Under the pieces are notes generated by a model, which was given only the letters and a program-made list of their open reading frames with translations, had not been told where the DNA came from and did no database searches. A program made the translations under genes and the position numbers. This document shows, piece by piece, positions 1-10,559 of a DNA stretch of 64,000 bases. This DNA comes from an uncultured Gemmatimonadota bacterium (GTDB lineage Bacteria; GCA-2686955). Position 1 is the first letter of the stretch. Each line of letters opens with the position of its first letter. The stretch covers positions 1-64,000 of the forward strand of contig CAZBBK010000011.1 in assembly GCA_964490075.1 (NCBI GenBank), in the 5' to 3' direction.

Positions 1-2
1 CA

Positions 3-293
3 CCATCCGGAGCGGCACAGGCGGAGTTTGTGCTCGGGGCGATCTGGTACTCGCTGTTTGACCATCCGATCAACTGGGATCCCAAGCAGGACATCAAGCC
101 GCGCACCAAGTCGACCACCCAGAACTTCGGCCTCCTGCAAGCCGCGGACGACACGCCGCAGCCGATCACGACTCTGGAAACGGTGGTCGATCAGTACCAA
201 CCGCTGCGTGGGACCATGGGTTGCACCAATCAACACCTGCTCAACCACTTCGATCCGACCCAGATGAACTGCGAACCGCCAGGAGGTGACTGA
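3..293 (+). CDS. C-terminal part of a gene truncated by the window edge; possibly a glycoside-hydrolase-like protein
   Basis: Frame is open from base 3. GAIWYSLFD...NFGLL...DTPQP resembles the end of GH TIM-barrel domains. Its stop overlaps the next ATG. Confidence 0.45.
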   Translation, partial: PSGAAQAEFVLGAIWYSLFDHPINWDPKQDIKPRTKSTTQNFGLLQAADDTPQPITTLETVVDQYQPLRGTMGCTNQHLLNHFDPTQMNCEPPGGD

Positions 294-1627
294 TGAGACC
301 CTACTTCCTCCTGCTTCCGCCGCTCATCGCATGCGCCACCGCCCAGGCCGACAACCAACGGGGACGCACCATCCACGTTCCGGGTGCGATCGCCACCATC
401 CAGGCGGCGATCGAACTGGCGGCCGAAGGCGACACCGTTCTGGTGGCGGCCGGTACCTACACCGAGAACCTGGTCTTCCAGGGCCGCGACATCGTGCTGC
501 GAGGAGCCGGCGTCGGCGCCACGGTGCTGGATGCCGACCGCAACGGCTCGGGCATCGTGATCGAGTCGGGCGAGAGCCGGGCTTGCGTCGTAGAGCGGAT
601 GTCGATCGTTCGTGGGACCGGGACGGTTCGGATCTTCCCGGACCGCTCAGGGTTCATGGGGGGCGGCGGTATCTTCGTCGAGGAGGCGTCGCCGACCCTG
701 CGCCAGCTACGGATAGAACGCTGCAAGCCGGATTGGGAGTATCGGATTGCCCACGGTGGAGGGATTCATCTGACGCACTCACAAGCCCGCATCGAGGCAG
801 TGGCGCTTCACGCGGACAGTGCCGGCGGGGGAGGAGGAATCGCCGCCACGATGTGCGAAGGGCTCGAGCTGGTCGGCCTGACCATTACCGATTGCGAAGG
901 AGGGGTGTACGGTGGCGGCGGTATCAACGCGGGGGCAGTGAGCGACGTCCTTCTCGATTCCATCAGCGTCAGGAACTGCGATGGAAGCAACGACGTAGTT
1001 TATCACGACGGCTCGGGAGGCGCCATCCACATCGGTGGCACCAACATCACGATCCGCAACTCCATCTTCACCGACAACGTATCCAATGAAGGCGGCGCCC
1101 TGGACTTCGTTATGGGCGGCCCCTTCTACGTAGAAAACTGCCTCTTCGTCCGCAACCGTGCCACATCCTCCGGCGACCGCTACCCCGGCCCGCGCTATGG
1201 CGGTGCGATCCTCGCCTGGCTCGTACCCGATGTGCACGTCACGAACTGTACCTTCGTCGACAACTTCGCCGTGGGCCGCATGGGGGTCGCCCCCGAAGGC
1301 CTCGCCGTGGCGATGTGGGGCGGCACCTTCGTCAACAACATGGTTACCGACCACAAGTGGTACAGCGCCGTCTTCGGTCCAGAACGCCGCGAGTACAACC
1401 TCTACTTTCACAACGATCTCGATTTCTACGGCGATCCCGCCGAAGGCGAGATCTTCGCCAACCCAAGCTACCTGCGCCCAGGAAAGGACGACTACCGCCT
1501 GCGCCCCAATTCACCCGCGATCGACGCCGGCGATCCCGCGCGCCTCGATCCGGACGGCTCGCGCTCCGATATCGGGGCCTCTCCGGTGTATCGGCCGCGC
1601 GATCTACTGCCGGTGACGCGGGAGTGA
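293..1627 (+). CDS. Secreted right-handed parallel beta-helix (pectin-lyase-like) protein
   Basis: Signal peptide; TIHVPG..TIQAAI..GDTVLVAAGTYTE; GGGI/GGAI..N repeats; C-terminal DYRLRPNSPAIDAGDP..DGSRSDIGA. Confidence 0.85.
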   Translation: MRPYFLLLPPLIACATAQADNQRGRTIHVPGAIATIQAAIELAAEGDTVLVAAGTYTENLVFQGRDIVLRGAGVGATVLDADRNGSGIVIESGESRACVVERMSIVRGTGTVRIFPDRSGFMGGGGIFVEEASPTLRQLRIERCKPDWEYRIAHGGGIHLTHSQARIEAVALHADSAGGGGGIAATMCEGLELVGLTITDCEGGVYGGGGINAGAVSDVLLDSISVRNCDGSNDVVYHDGSGGAIHIGGTNITIRNSIFTDNVSNEGGALDFVMGGPFYVENCLFVRNRATSSGDRYPGPRYGGAILAWLVPDVHVTNCTFVDNFAVGRMGVAPEGLAVAMWGGTFVNNMVTDHKWYSAVFGPERREYNLYFHNDLDFYGDPAEGEIFANPSYLRPGKDDYRLRPNSPAIDAGDPARLDPDGSRSDIGASPVYRPRDLLPVTRE

Positions 1628-1766
1628 TGGCGGGATGTCGGTGCGGTCCGGGCCGTGGGGGCGCCCGTGGCGAGAGCCGCGCGGGTTCCCCCCGGCCCCG
1701 CGCACCGGTCGGTCAAGGAGCAGACGGCGGTTGCGCGAAGAGGCCCCCTGTCCCTTTCTGGCCGCG

Positions 1767-2597
1767 ATGCCCTCCCCTCCCCTTCCCCGTCTGGTTCTGC
1801 TGCTCTCCCTTCTTCTCGCCCTGCCCGCGCGCGCGCCGGCCGCCGGGCCATGGCGCCACGCCCCGAGCGCCCTGCTCGGCCCCGGTGCGCTAGAGCTGCG
1901 AATCTGGGGCAATCTCTACACCCAGACCGCCTACTACGACGATTCCGGCGCGCGCATCGATTCCCAACCGCGCCAGACTTACGCCACCACGACCTTCACG
2001 GCTCTTTGGGGATGGCGTCCCGGAATCGAGCTCGGGATCGCGGCGAACCTGAAGGCGGTGCGCGACGCCACCTTCCCGGTCGGGCGGACGGACCGCTTGG
2101 CGCTCGCCTCGATCGTCCCCAGCGTCAAGCTGCAGCCCTGGGCCGCCCGCGAGCGCCTGGCGCTGCAGGTCGCGCTCTTCCTTCCCGCCGCGCGCGAGCT
2201 GGGCGGCGGGACCGAAAGCCCCTTCCTGGACTGGGGTGGGCCGCGCCTGGAAGTGTTGCTGCTCTACGATCGCCCCATGAGGGAGAGCCTCTGGCTCTAT
2301 CTCGAAGGCGGCCTGCACCTGCGCGGGGGTCGCGGGGCGGAGGCGCTGCTCGTTCCGATGCAGGTTGCGCTCAACTGGCGCCTCGACCCGCGCTGGATCC
2401 TCTACGCCCCCTTCGAGCTGACGCCCGAATTCGCCGGCGGCGGGCGCAGTGGCTACTTCTCGCAGCTCGGCCTCGGCTCCAAGCTGCGTCTGTTTCCCCG
2501 AATCGAGCTGGAGCTGCTGCTCACCACCTTTCCGGCGGGGCGTTCGGCGGGAGCGGGGCAGACCGCCAATCTGGGGCTGCGGATGTGGCGGCCCTGA
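1767..2597 (+). CDS. Hypothetical exported protein, probable outer-membrane beta-barrel
   Basis: Signal peptide after ATG 1767; amphipathic beta-strand pattern; ends ANLGLRMW. Confidence 0.6.
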   Translation: MPSPPLPRLVLLLSLLLALPARAPAAGPWRHAPSALLGPGALELRIWGNLYTQTAYYDDSGARIDSQPRQTYATTTFTALWGWRPGIELGIAANLKAVRDATFPVGRTDRLALASIVPSVKLQPWAARERLALQVALFLPAARELGGGTESPFLDWGGPRLEVLLLYDRPMRESLWLYLEGGLHLRGGRGAEALLVPMQVALNWRLDPRWILYAPFELTPEFAGGGRSGYFSQLGLGSKLRLFPRIELELLLTTFPAGRSAGAGQTANLGLRMWRP

Positions 2598-2652
2598 AGC
2601 TCGCGGACCGACTACCCTGCGAGCCTGTCCAACGATCACCGAGGAGTCGCTC

Positions 2653-3072
2653 ATGAAATCCCACCGCCAGGAGCTCTGGTTCGAAGTCCCCCAACGGATG
2701 GGCTTCGTCAACATCACCCCCCAGGTCGAAGCGGCGCTCGCCGCCAGCGGCGTGCGCGAGGGACTGTGCCTGGTCAACGCCATGCACATTACCGCCAGCG
2801 TCTTCATCAACGACGACGAGAGGGGGCTGCACGCCGACTATCGCCGCTGGCTCGAAGAGCTGGCGCCGCACGAGCCGCTCGACCGCTATCGTCACAACCT
2901 CACCGGCGAGGACAACGGCGACGCGCACTGCAAACGCCAGCTCATGGGGCGCGAAGTCGTCGTGGCGATCACCGAGGGACGCCTCGACTTCGGCCCCTGG
3001 GAACAGATCTTCTACGGAGAGTTCGACGGCCGCCGGCGCAAACGTGTGCTGGTGAAAATCATCGGTGAATAG
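2653..3072 (+). CDS. yjbQ: YjbQ/UPF0047 family protein
   Basis: [28 protein letters not shown] and [16 protein letters not shown] motifs. Confidence 0.9.
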   Translation: MKSHRQELWFEVPQRMGFVNITPQVEAALAASGVREGLCLVNAMHITASVFINDDERGLHADYRRWLEELAPHEPLDRYRHNLTGEDNGDAHCKRQLMGREVVVAITEGRLDFGPWEQIFYGEFDGRRRKRVLVKIIGE

Positions 3073-3082
3073 GAGACATGCC

Positions 3083-3601
3083 GTGACCGATCCCAAAGCT
3101 CCGAACGTCGTCAATATCGACGAGATCGAAGAGATCACCCACAGCCGCGGCGAGCACTGGGGAGCCAGCTACAAGCCGCTGACCCCGGTCCTGAGCGCCT
3201 ATCCCGACGGTCGCCTGGGCGTCAACATCACCCGCCTGCCCCAGGGGCGCACGGTCTGCCCCTTTCACAGCCACCAACGTTCCGACGAGGTCTTCTACAT
3301 CATCAGCGGCCGCGGCGTGTTGCGCTACGGCGACGAGCTCAGGGCGATTCGCGCCGGTGACTGCATCTCCTGCCCCGCCGGCACCGGCATCGCGCACCAG
3401 ATCGCCAATCCCCATGCCGAAGACCTGGTCTACCTCGCCATCGGCGCCAACGATCCCGACGAGGTCGCCGTCTATCCCGACAACGGCAAGGTCCTGGTGC
3501 GCAGCCTGAAGCGGATCGGCTGGCTGGCATCGGTCGACTACATGGAGGGAGAGCCCGAGCGCCCGAAGATTCTCGATCTGATCGATGGGTGGGGTGGATA
3601 G
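3083..3601 (+). CDS. Cupin domain protein
   Basis: PFHSHQRSDEVFYIISG...AHQIAN cupin metal motif; AGGAG RBS before GTG. Confidence 0.85.
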   Translation: MTDPKAPNVVNIDEIEEITHSRGEHWGASYKPLTPVLSAYPDGRLGVNITRLPQGRTVCPFHSHQRSDEVFYIISGRGVLRYGDELRAIRAGDCISCPAGTGIAHQIANPHAEDLVYLAIGANDPDEVAVYPDNGKVLVRSLKRIGWLASVDYMEGEPERPKILDLIDGWGG

Positions 3602-3621
3602 ATCTGGCACCAGAGCCGACC

Positions 3622-4896
3622 TCAGCCCGCCGGGGCCTCCTCCACCCCCCGAGTCTCCTCGAGGACGATCCCCACCAGTTCCTCGACGCTCGAGATCTGT
3701 GCCCGCTCGACGAGCCAACGCCTGCCGATGCGAATGGCCAGTCGTTCAGCCACGGCGCGCCGATCGAGATCCTCGATGCTGGTGAGATCCCAGATGCTCA
3801 CGATTCCCATCATGCGGCGCAGCATCTTGGCCCCGCCGTGTCCCGCCGTATCGTGGAGCAGATCGGCCATGTAGCGCCGCCGATACTCGGCGAAGGCCTG
3901 GTCGCCCCCGGGGAAGTCCCAGTACGCATCCGGGACCAGCTCGCCGCGGTTGTTCTCGATCCAGAGTGTCTCGAACTTGCGTGCGAACTCGGACCAGACT
4001 CCGCGCACCAGGTCGAGCAGGTAGGACTGGTACTCGCGACGCATACCCGGATCGGAAGTATGTGCGTAATGGGAGAGATGGTTGAGCACCAGGTTTTCGA
4101 GGATTGCGCCCAGATCGAATCCCATCGGACCGTAGAAGGCGAACTCCGGATCGATCACCCGAGTGTCGCCTTCATTCACCATGATGCTCCCGGTGTGGAG
4201 ATCGCTGTGAATCAGCGCCTGGGCATGGGTCATGTAGCCGGCCTTCATCTCGGCGAGGGCGAGTTTGAGCGCCGCGTCGGCGCGCACCTCGCGAACCTCG
4301 GCGTCGATGCGCGGATTCCACTGGTTCTCCGGGGACTCCATGTAGGGATTGGTGAAGACAAAATCCTCCTGGATCTTGCACAGGTGTGGATTGATGAACT
4401 CGCCCATCAGCGTCTTTTTCTCGAGTCCGGTCAGGTAGAGATCGGAAGTGAAGAAGAGCACGCGGGCCGCGAAGCTGGAGATATGGTCCACGAAGAGCGG
4501 GAAGGTCTTGCGCGCGACCAGCGGCTTGCGCATGATCTCGTGCATCCGCAGATGCTCCATGATGACCAGCGACATCTCCGCGTCGGAGTCGAAGACCTGA
4601 GGGACCAGACCGGGAGCCAGCTCGTTGTACTTCAGCAGGGCCTGGGTCTCGAAACGCATCCTCTCCCGAGTCAGCGGCCACGACTCGCCGGCCACGCGCA
4701 GGTAGGGCAGCGCCTGCTTCAGAACCGCGGACTGGCTCGGCTCGGCGGCATTCTCGACGATGAACACCAGGTTCAGGTTGCCGTCCCCCACTTCCCTCGC
4801 GCGGAGCTGCGCTCCCTTCTCGAATACCGCCTCCATCGCTGGACAGGATCGGACGTAATCCACGACACTTTTTTCGTCCAGTGCTCGATAGGCCAT
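3622..4896 (-). CDS. mtnK: S-methyl-5-thioribose kinase
   Basis: EVGDGNLNLVF, KQALPY, LIHSDLHTGS, VIDPEFAFYGPMGFD. Confidence 0.93.
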   Translation of the reverse strand: MAYRALDEKSVVDYVRSCPAMEAVFEKGAQLRAREVGDGNLNLVFIVENAAEPSQSAVLKQALPYLRVAGESWPLTRERMRFETQALLKYNELAPGLVPQVFDSDAEMSLVIMEHLRMHEIMRKPLVARKTFPLFVDHISSFAARVLFFTSDLYLTGLEKKTLMGEFINPHLCKIQEDFVFTNPYMESPENQWNPRIDAEVREVRADAALKLALAEMKAGYMTHAQALIHSDLHTGSIMVNEGDTRVIDPEFAFYGPMGFDLGAILENLVLNHLSHYAHTSDPGMRREYQSYLLDLVRGVWSEFARKFETLWIENNRGELVPDAYWDFPGGDQAFAEYRRRYMADLLHDTAGHGGAKMLRRMMGIVSIWDLTSIEDLDRRAVAERLAIRIGRRWLVERAQISSVEELVGIVLEETRGVEEAPAG

Positions 4897-4910
4897 CGCT
4901 TCTCTCCGGC

Positions 4911-6023
4911 TCAGCGCTGCTCGGGATAGAGGCCCAGGATCCCCTCTTCGGAGGCGTCACAGATACCACGCTCGGTGATCAGTCCCGTCACCAGGCGAGC
5001 CGGCGTCACATCGAAGGCGAAGTTCGCCGCCGGGCTCCCCGCCGGGGTCAAGCGGACGTCGAGGATCTGGCCCTCGTGGCAGCCGCGAATGTTGCTCACC
5101 TCGCCCCCCCCTCTCTGCTCGATCGGAATCTCGGCCACCCCGTCGCGCATGGTCCAGTCGAACGACGACGAGGGCAAAGCGACATAGAAGGGAACGCCGT
5201 TGTCGTGGGCCGCGAGGGCCTTCAGGTAGGTGCCGATCTTGTTGGCGACGTCACCGGTAAAAGTGGTGCGATCGGTTCCCGTGATGACCAGATCGACCTC
5301 TCCATGCTGCATCAGATGCCCTCCGACGTTGTCCGCCACCACCGTGTGCGGCACCCCCTCGTGACCGAGCTCCCAGGCGGTCAGCCGCGCGCCCTGGTTG
5401 CGCGGCCTCGTCTCGTCGACCCAGACATGCACCTCGATGCCGCGGTCGTGGGCGGCGTAGATCGGTGCGGTGGCGGTTCCGTAGTCGACGAAGGCAAGCC
5501 AGCCGGCGTTGCAGTGGGTGAGCACGTTGACCCTCTTCCCTCCCTTGCGGCGACTGATCGCTTCGATGAGGCCGACGCCGTGCTCGCCGATGCGCCGGCA
5601 ATACTCCGCGTCTTCGTCGGCGATCTCTTCGGCGGTGATCCGTGCCCTGCGCACCAGCGCCTCGACCTGGTCCGCCGCGCGCAGTCCTTCGAGCTGCCTT
5701 TCCACGCCCCACTCCAGGTTCACCGCGGTCGGCCGGGTCGCTCTGAGCTTCCGCCCGGCCGCCTCCAGGGCGTGCAAGAAGGGCTGGCGATCCAGGTCGG
5801 ATGCTTCGAGGGCGGCGATGTACATCCCGTAGCCGGCGGCGGCGCCGATCAGGCCGGCACCGCGCACGTGCATCTCGGCGATGGCGGTCGCGACCTCGTC
5901 GACCGTCCTCAAGTCCTCGACGACGAATTCGTGCGGCAGGTCGCGTTGATCGATGATCTGCACGACGCGCGGGTCGTCCTCTTTCAACCAGATCGTTCGG
6001 TAATGCCGGCCCGAAACCCTCAT
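4911..6023 (-). CDS. mtnA: S-methyl-5-thioribose-1-phosphate isomerase
   Basis: IDQRDLP, MHVRGAGLIG, RPTAVNL, THCNAG, DETRPRNQGARLT, NKIGTY; ATG overlaps the upstream stop (ATGA). Confidence 0.93.
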   Translation of the reverse strand: MRVSGRHYRTIWLKEDDPRVVQIIDQRDLPHEFVVEDLRTVDEVATAIAEMHVRGAGLIGAAAGYGMYIAALEASDLDRQPFLHALEAAGRKLRATRPTAVNLEWGVERQLEGLRAADQVEALVRRARITAEEIADEDAEYCRRIGEHGVGLIEAISRRKGGKRVNVLTHCNAGWLAFVDYGTATAPIYAAHDRGIEVHVWVDETRPRNQGARLTAWELGHEGVPHTVVADNVGGHLMQHGEVDLVITGTDRTTFTGDVANKIGTYLKALAAHDNGVPFYVALPSSSFDWTMRDGVAEIPIEQRGGGEVSNIRGCHEGQILDVRLTPAGSPAANFAFDVTPARLVTGLITERGICDASEEGILGLYPEQR

Positions 6024-7144
6024 TCGTCGCTTCCTTCCGATGGTGCCGCGTTCGGCTCCAGCAGTGCGTCCAGGAGCTCCAACTGGCCAGTCCGCCGCGT
6101 CCGTTCCTCGAGCAAAGAACCGAGAATACCCGCCGCCAGATCGTCGAGCCCGGGCTGGTCGGGGTTGGCTGCGCGAACCGATTCCACCCACTCCTCGGGC
6201 AGTGCTTCCAGACCGTGAAGCGCTCCCGCGACACTGCCCGCCATCGCCGCGATGGTGTCGCTGTCGCGCCGAAAATTGGCGCCCTCCACCACCGACTGCC
6301 GGTAGTCCCCCCGGGTGAAGGCGAGGATGCCGAAGGTGGCGGGGACCAGCTCCAAAGCGTCGGCCAGACCGAGCAGCATCTTGTCGTGAAAGCGTCGCTT
6401 GAAATCGGCCGCGTCCGCCGACTCGCGGGCCATCTCCAGCGCCGTCCGGATGCGCGCGGCGGTGCGCTCGTCGGAGTGTTGTGCTCCCGCCTCCAAGACC
6501 TCGTCGATGCCCGCACCGGGCACCATCGCGGCGGCGACGGCGGCGGCCAGGGCGCCGGGGGCCGTGGCCGAGACCCCGGACTGCAGCACCGAGCTCACCT
6601 CGACCGCGTCCATCGATGCCTGACGCGGGTCGCCGGCGTTGATCAACCCCACCGGCGGGATCATCATCGCCGCGTCGCAGGCCGGCAGATTGCCCTGTCC
6701 CATGTCGCGGGCGTCGGGCATCTCGCTCAGGAGCTGATCGTAGGGTTGGTTGGTGATATGGAAGTAGAGCTTGAACCAGACCACCGCTTCGCCCGGCCAG
6801 AGCTGCCCGGGCTCGCGCGTGAAGTACTCGCGGCGCATGTACTTGCAGTAGGCACGGGCGAACTCCCGCGCGCCGATCCGTCCTTTGCTGTCGACGATGG
6901 CCAGACAGACGATGTTCTTGAGAATCGTGTCGTCGGTATAGGTCCCCTTCGGGGATCCGCGGAAGTACCAGTGCGGTCCGTCGGGGAGATAGTCGACCAG
7001 GGTCTCGATGCGGCGCGTGCCGAAGCTCTTCTCGATCTGGTCGCCGTCGCCCGACCAGGGCTCGATCGGCCCGCCCAGCGCGTCGCCGATGGCGCCTCCG
7101 AATATGGAGCCCTTGATCTTGCTCGCGGCGAGAGAGGTGGACAT
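6020..7144 (-). CDS. ADP-ribosylglycohydrolase (ARH/DraG-like) family protein
   Basis: GGAIGDALG, YTDDT and RDSDTIAAMAGSVAGA metal-binding motifs. Confidence 0.88.
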   Translation of the reverse strand: MSTSLAASKIKGSIFGGAIGDALGGPIEPWSGDGDQIEKSFGTRRIETLVDYLPDGPHWYFRGSPKGTYTDDTILKNIVCLAIVDSKGRIGAREFARAYCKYMRREYFTREPGQLWPGEAVVWFKLYFHITNQPYDQLLSEMPDARDMGQGNLPACDAAMMIPPVGLINAGDPRQASMDAVEVSSVLQSGVSATAPGALAAAVAAAMVPGAGIDEVLEAGAQHSDERTAARIRTALEMARESADAADFKRRFHDKMLLGLADALELVPATFGILAFTRGDYRQSVVEGANFRRDSDTIAAMAGSVAGALHGLEALPEEWVESVRAANPDQPGLDDLAAGILGSLLEERTRRTGQLELLDALLEPNAAPSEGSDE

Positions 7145-7270
7145 ATCGATCTCCAGGGAAGGCAGCTGCAGGGTGCGCCAAAGCGCGAGTCTACTGCAGC
7201 CGCGGCAGGCTAAGCTTCAAGGTTGCGCTTCCGCACAGCGAAGCGCGCAGCCCCAGCCTCGGAGCACGCC

Positions 7271-8158
7271 ATGTCCGCCCGTCCCAAGACCACGCCCAAG
7301 CCCCCGTGGCTCAAGGTCCGCCCCCCCTCGGGAGCGCGCTACGGCGCGATGAAGGAGCGCGTGCGGCGGCTGGGTTTGCACACCGTCTGCGGCGAGGCGC
7401 GCTGCCCCAATCTCGCGGAATGCTGGGGCGAGGGCACCGCCACGCTGATGCTGCTGGGCGAGATCTGCACCCGCGGCTGTCGCTTCTGCGCCGTGAAGAC
7501 CGCCCGCCGGGGCGAGCCGCCCGATCCGGACGAGCCACGCAAGGTGGCGCAGGCGGTGGCCGAGATGGGGCTCGACCACGTGGTGCTGACCTCGGTCGAT
7601 CGAGACGACCTGGCCGATGGGGGCGCGGCCCATTTTGCGGCGACCGTGGCCGAGGTGCGCAGACTCTGTCCAGGGGTGGGCGTGGAGCTCTTGACTCCCG
7701 ATTTTCGCGGGTCGGAGAGCGCCCTGGGATCGGTGCTCGACGCCGCCCCCGAGGTGCTGGCCCACAACATCGAGGTGGTGCGCCGCCTGACTCCGGCGAT
7801 CCGCGACCAGCGCTGCGACTACGACCTTTCGCTCGAGCTGCTGCGCCGAGCCAGGGCCCTCGCGCCGAGAATCGAGACCAAGAGCTCGATCATGCTCGGC
7901 CTGGGCGAGAGCGACGCCGAGGTGCGCGAGGCGCTGAGCGATCTGCGTGCCGCGGGGGTCGGAACCGTGACCCTGGGGCAGTACTTGCGCCCCACCCCGA
8001 AGCACGCGCCGGTGGTCGAGTACTGCCCTCCGGAGCGCTTTCGGACGCTGGCGAAATGGGCGCGCGAGCTTGGTTTTCGTCGGGTCGCGTCCGATCCTCT
8101 TGTTCGGTCGTCTTATCGCGCCGGAGCGCTCTTCGAGGGCGCGGGAACGGACCGATAG
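7271..8158 (+). CDS. lipA: Lipoyl synthase
   Basis: CGEARCPNLAEC, CTRGCRFC and VRSSY motifs. Confidence 0.95.
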   Translation: MSARPKTTPKPPWLKVRPPSGARYGAMKERVRRLGLHTVCGEARCPNLAECWGEGTATLMLLGEICTRGCRFCAVKTARRGEPPDPDEPRKVAQAVAEMGLDHVVLTSVDRDDLADGGAAHFAATVAEVRRLCPGVGVELLTPDFRGSESALGSVLDAAPEVLAHNIEVVRRLTPAIRDQRCDYDLSLELLRRARALAPRIETKSSIMLGLGESDAEVREALSDLRAAGVGTVTLGQYLRPTPKHAPVVEYCPPERFRTLAKWARELGFRRVASDPLVRSSYRAGALFEGAGTDR

Positions 8159-8206
8159 CCCGCCGGCACTGCTCCCCATCCACCATCAGAAAAGCCCCTC
8201 TCCCCG

Positions 8207-9181
8207 ATGCCCGAGATGAATCTGATCGAGGCCGTGAGACGCGGTCTGGAGCTGGAGATGGAGCGCGACGAGCGGGTCGTCGTGCTGGGCGAGGACGTGG
8301 GGCGCTACGGCGGGGTGTTTCGCGCCACACTCGGGCTGCAGGAGCGTTTCGGCGAGCAGCGGGTGATCGACACGCCGCTCTCCGAGAGCGGCATCATCGG
8401 CACCGCGATCGGCATGGCGCTCTACGGCCAGCGACCGGTGCCCGAGATCCAGTTCGCCGACTTCATCTACCCGGCCTTCGACCAGATCGTCAGCGAGGCA
8501 GCCAAGTACCGCTATCGCAGCGGCGGCGAGTACACGGTGCCGATGACCATTCGCACTCCCTACGGGGGCGGAATCGGCGGCGGCCACTACCACTCGCAGT
8601 CTCCCGAGGCGCTCTTTTGCCAGGTGCCGGGACTGAAGATGGTGGTTCCCTCCGATCCCTTCACCGCCAAGGGTCTCCTGGCGGCGGCGGTTCGCGACCC
8701 CGATCCGGTGCTCTTTCTGGAGCCCAAGCGGCTCTACCGATCGGCCCGGGGCGAGGTGCCGGACGACGAGCATCTGCTGCCCCTGGGACGGGCCCGGATC
8801 GCCCGCGCGGGCGACGCCTGCACCCTGGTGGCATGGGGCGCGATGGTCGAGGTCGGACTGGGCGCGGCCGCGATGGTCGAAGCCCAGGGCGCGGCGGTCG
8901 AGGTCGTCGATCTCCTGACTCTCGCTCCGCTGGACCAGGAGACGGTGCTGGCCTCGGTGCGCAAGACCGGCCGCCTGGTGGTGGTGCAGGAGGCGCCCTC
9001 GTTTTGCGGCTACGCGGCCGAGCTGGCGGCGCTGGCGGCCGATGCGGCGGTGCTCAGCCTGGAGGCGCCGGTGCGACGCGTCTCGGGCCTGGACACGCCC
9101 TTCCCCTACACTCTCGAGCAGGCCTACCTGCCGAGCCCGCGGCGGCTCGCAAAGGTGCTGATCGAGACCATCCGGTTCTGA
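8207..9181 (+). CDS. 2-oxoacid dehydrogenase E1 beta subunit (pyruvate or branched-chain)
   Basis: GEDVGRYGGVFR, DTPLSE, EIQFADF, HYHSQSPE. Confidence 0.93.
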   Translation: MPEMNLIEAVRRGLELEMERDERVVVLGEDVGRYGGVFRATLGLQERFGEQRVIDTPLSESGIIGTAIGMALYGQRPVPEIQFADFIYPAFDQIVSEAAKYRYRSGGEYTVPMTIRTPYGGGIGGGHYHSQSPEALFCQVPGLKMVVPSDPFTAKGLLAAAVRDPDPVLFLEPKRLYRSARGEVPDDEHLLPLGRARIARAGDACTLVAWGAMVEVGLGAAAMVEAQGAAVEVVDLLTLAPLDQETVLASVRKTGRLVVVQEAPSFCGYAAELAALAADAAVLSLEAPVRRVSGLDTPFPYTLEQAYLPSPRRLAKVLIETIRF

Positions 9182-9212
9182 AGGACCTGGAACACCCCGA
9201 GCGGAGCATTCG

Positions 9213-10559
9213 ATGCGCTTCGAGTTCAAGCTGCCGGACATCGGCGAAGGAGTCGTGGAGGGCGAGATCGTCCAGTGGTTGGTAGCGGAAGGCGACGCCG
9301 TGCAGGAGGACCAACCCCTGGTCGAGGTCATGACCGACAAGGCCACGGTCGAGATCCCGGCGCCGCAGAGCGGGACGATCATCGAGACGCAGGGCGAGAT
9401 CGGCGAGACGGTCGCGGTCGGCTCCGTGCTGCTGGTGATCGACACCGACGCCGTGAGCACGCCGGATCAACCGCCGGCGGCCGCGATGGCCCCCACCGTG
9501 GAGGCCGAGGGTCCGGTTCAGCCGGTGGAGGCGCCCCAACCCCACCCGCTGGCCGGGGCCCAGGCCCTGGCCGGCCCGCGCAAAGTGCTGGCCGCCCCGG
9601 CGACCCGCCGCCTGGCCCGCGAGCTCGGCATCGACGTCGCGGCGGTGGCTGGCACCGGCGCCCGCGGCCGGGTGACCCAGGCCGACGTGGTGGCGGCTTC
9701 CTGCCGCGAATGCGGCGCCGCGGCCACCCCGCGTCGAGGAGACGCCCGCGCGGTCGATGCGCCGCCCGCGCAGCCCGTCGCCGCAAAGCCCGAGGAATCG
9801 CTTGCCGGCAGCCCTCCCCCTGCAGCCGGGATTCCCATGCCGGTCGACGGCGCCCCGCTCGAGCAACGAACGCCCTTCGTCGGCCTGCGCAAGCGCATCG
9901 CCATGAAGATGGCCGAGTCGACCCGCACAGCGGCGCACTTCACCTACGTCGACGAGGTCGACATGAGCGAGCTGGTGGCGCTGCGCATGCGCTTGAAGGC
10001 GGCGGCCGAGGCGCGCGACGCGAAGCTGAGCTATCTGCCCTTCGTCGTCAAGGCGCTGGAACGCGCCTTCGCGCTCTTCCCGACCATGAACTCGACGCTG
10101 GACGAGGCGCGCAACGAGCTGGTGGTGAAGCGCAGCTACCACATCGGCATCGCGGTCGACACCGCGAAGGGGCTCTTCGTGCCGGTGGTCAAGGGGGTCG
10201 AGCGCAAGAGCCTGTTGCAGATCGCGGCGGAGATCGCGCAGCTGGCCCAGCTCTGTCGCGAGGGCAAGGCGACGCGCGAGCAGCTCACCGGCTCGACCTT
10301 CACCATCACTTCGGTCGGCAACATCGGTGGCATGTTCGCCACGCCGATCATCAACTTCCCAGAGGTGGCGATTCTCGGCATCAATCGAATCCACGATCGG
10401 CCGGTGGTCCGTGACGGCGAAATCGTCATCCGCAAAATGATGTATCTTGCCCTGTCCTTCGATCACCGGATCATCGACGGCGCGGTGGGCGCGGGCTTCT
10501 GCAACGAGATCAAGCGCTATCTCGAGTCCCCTGGGTTGTTGATGCTGGACATGGCCTGA
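9213..10559 (+). CDS. 2-oxoacid dehydrogenase E2 dihydrolipoamide acyltransferase
   Basis: Lipoyl domain (MTDKA), E3-binding ATRRLARELG, catalytic DHRIIDG. Confidence 0.93.
   Translation: MRFEFKLPDIGEGVVEGEIVQWLVAEGDAVQEDQPLVEVMTDKATVEIPAPQSGTIIETQGEIGETVAVGSVLLVIDTDAVSTPDQPPAAAMAPTVEAEGPVQPVEAPQPHPLAGAQALAGPRKVLAAPATRRLARELGIDVAAVAGTGARGRVTQADVVAASCRECGAAATPRRGDARAVDAPPAQPVAAKPEESLAGSPPPAAGIPMPVDGAPLEQRTPFVGLRKRIAMKMAESTRTAAHFTYVDEVDMSELVALRMRLKAAAEARDAKLSYLPFVVKALERAFALFPTMNSTLDEARNELVVKRSYHIGIAVDTAKGLFVPVVKGVERKSLLQIAAEIAQLAQLCREGKATREQLTGSTFTITSVGNIGGMFATPIINFPEVAILGINRIHDRPVVRDGEIVIRKMMYLALSFDHRIIDGAVGAGFCNEIKRYLESPGLLMLDMA

Noticed and set aside
3083-3601. Cupin as the missing methionine-salvage enzyme (acireductone dioxygenase)
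   Set aside because: It is convergent to mtnK, coupled to yjbQ, and looks like a generic cupin.
7145-7270. SAM riboswitch upstream of the mtn operon
   Set aside because: Short divergent intergenic region with no recognisable SAM riboswitch consensus.
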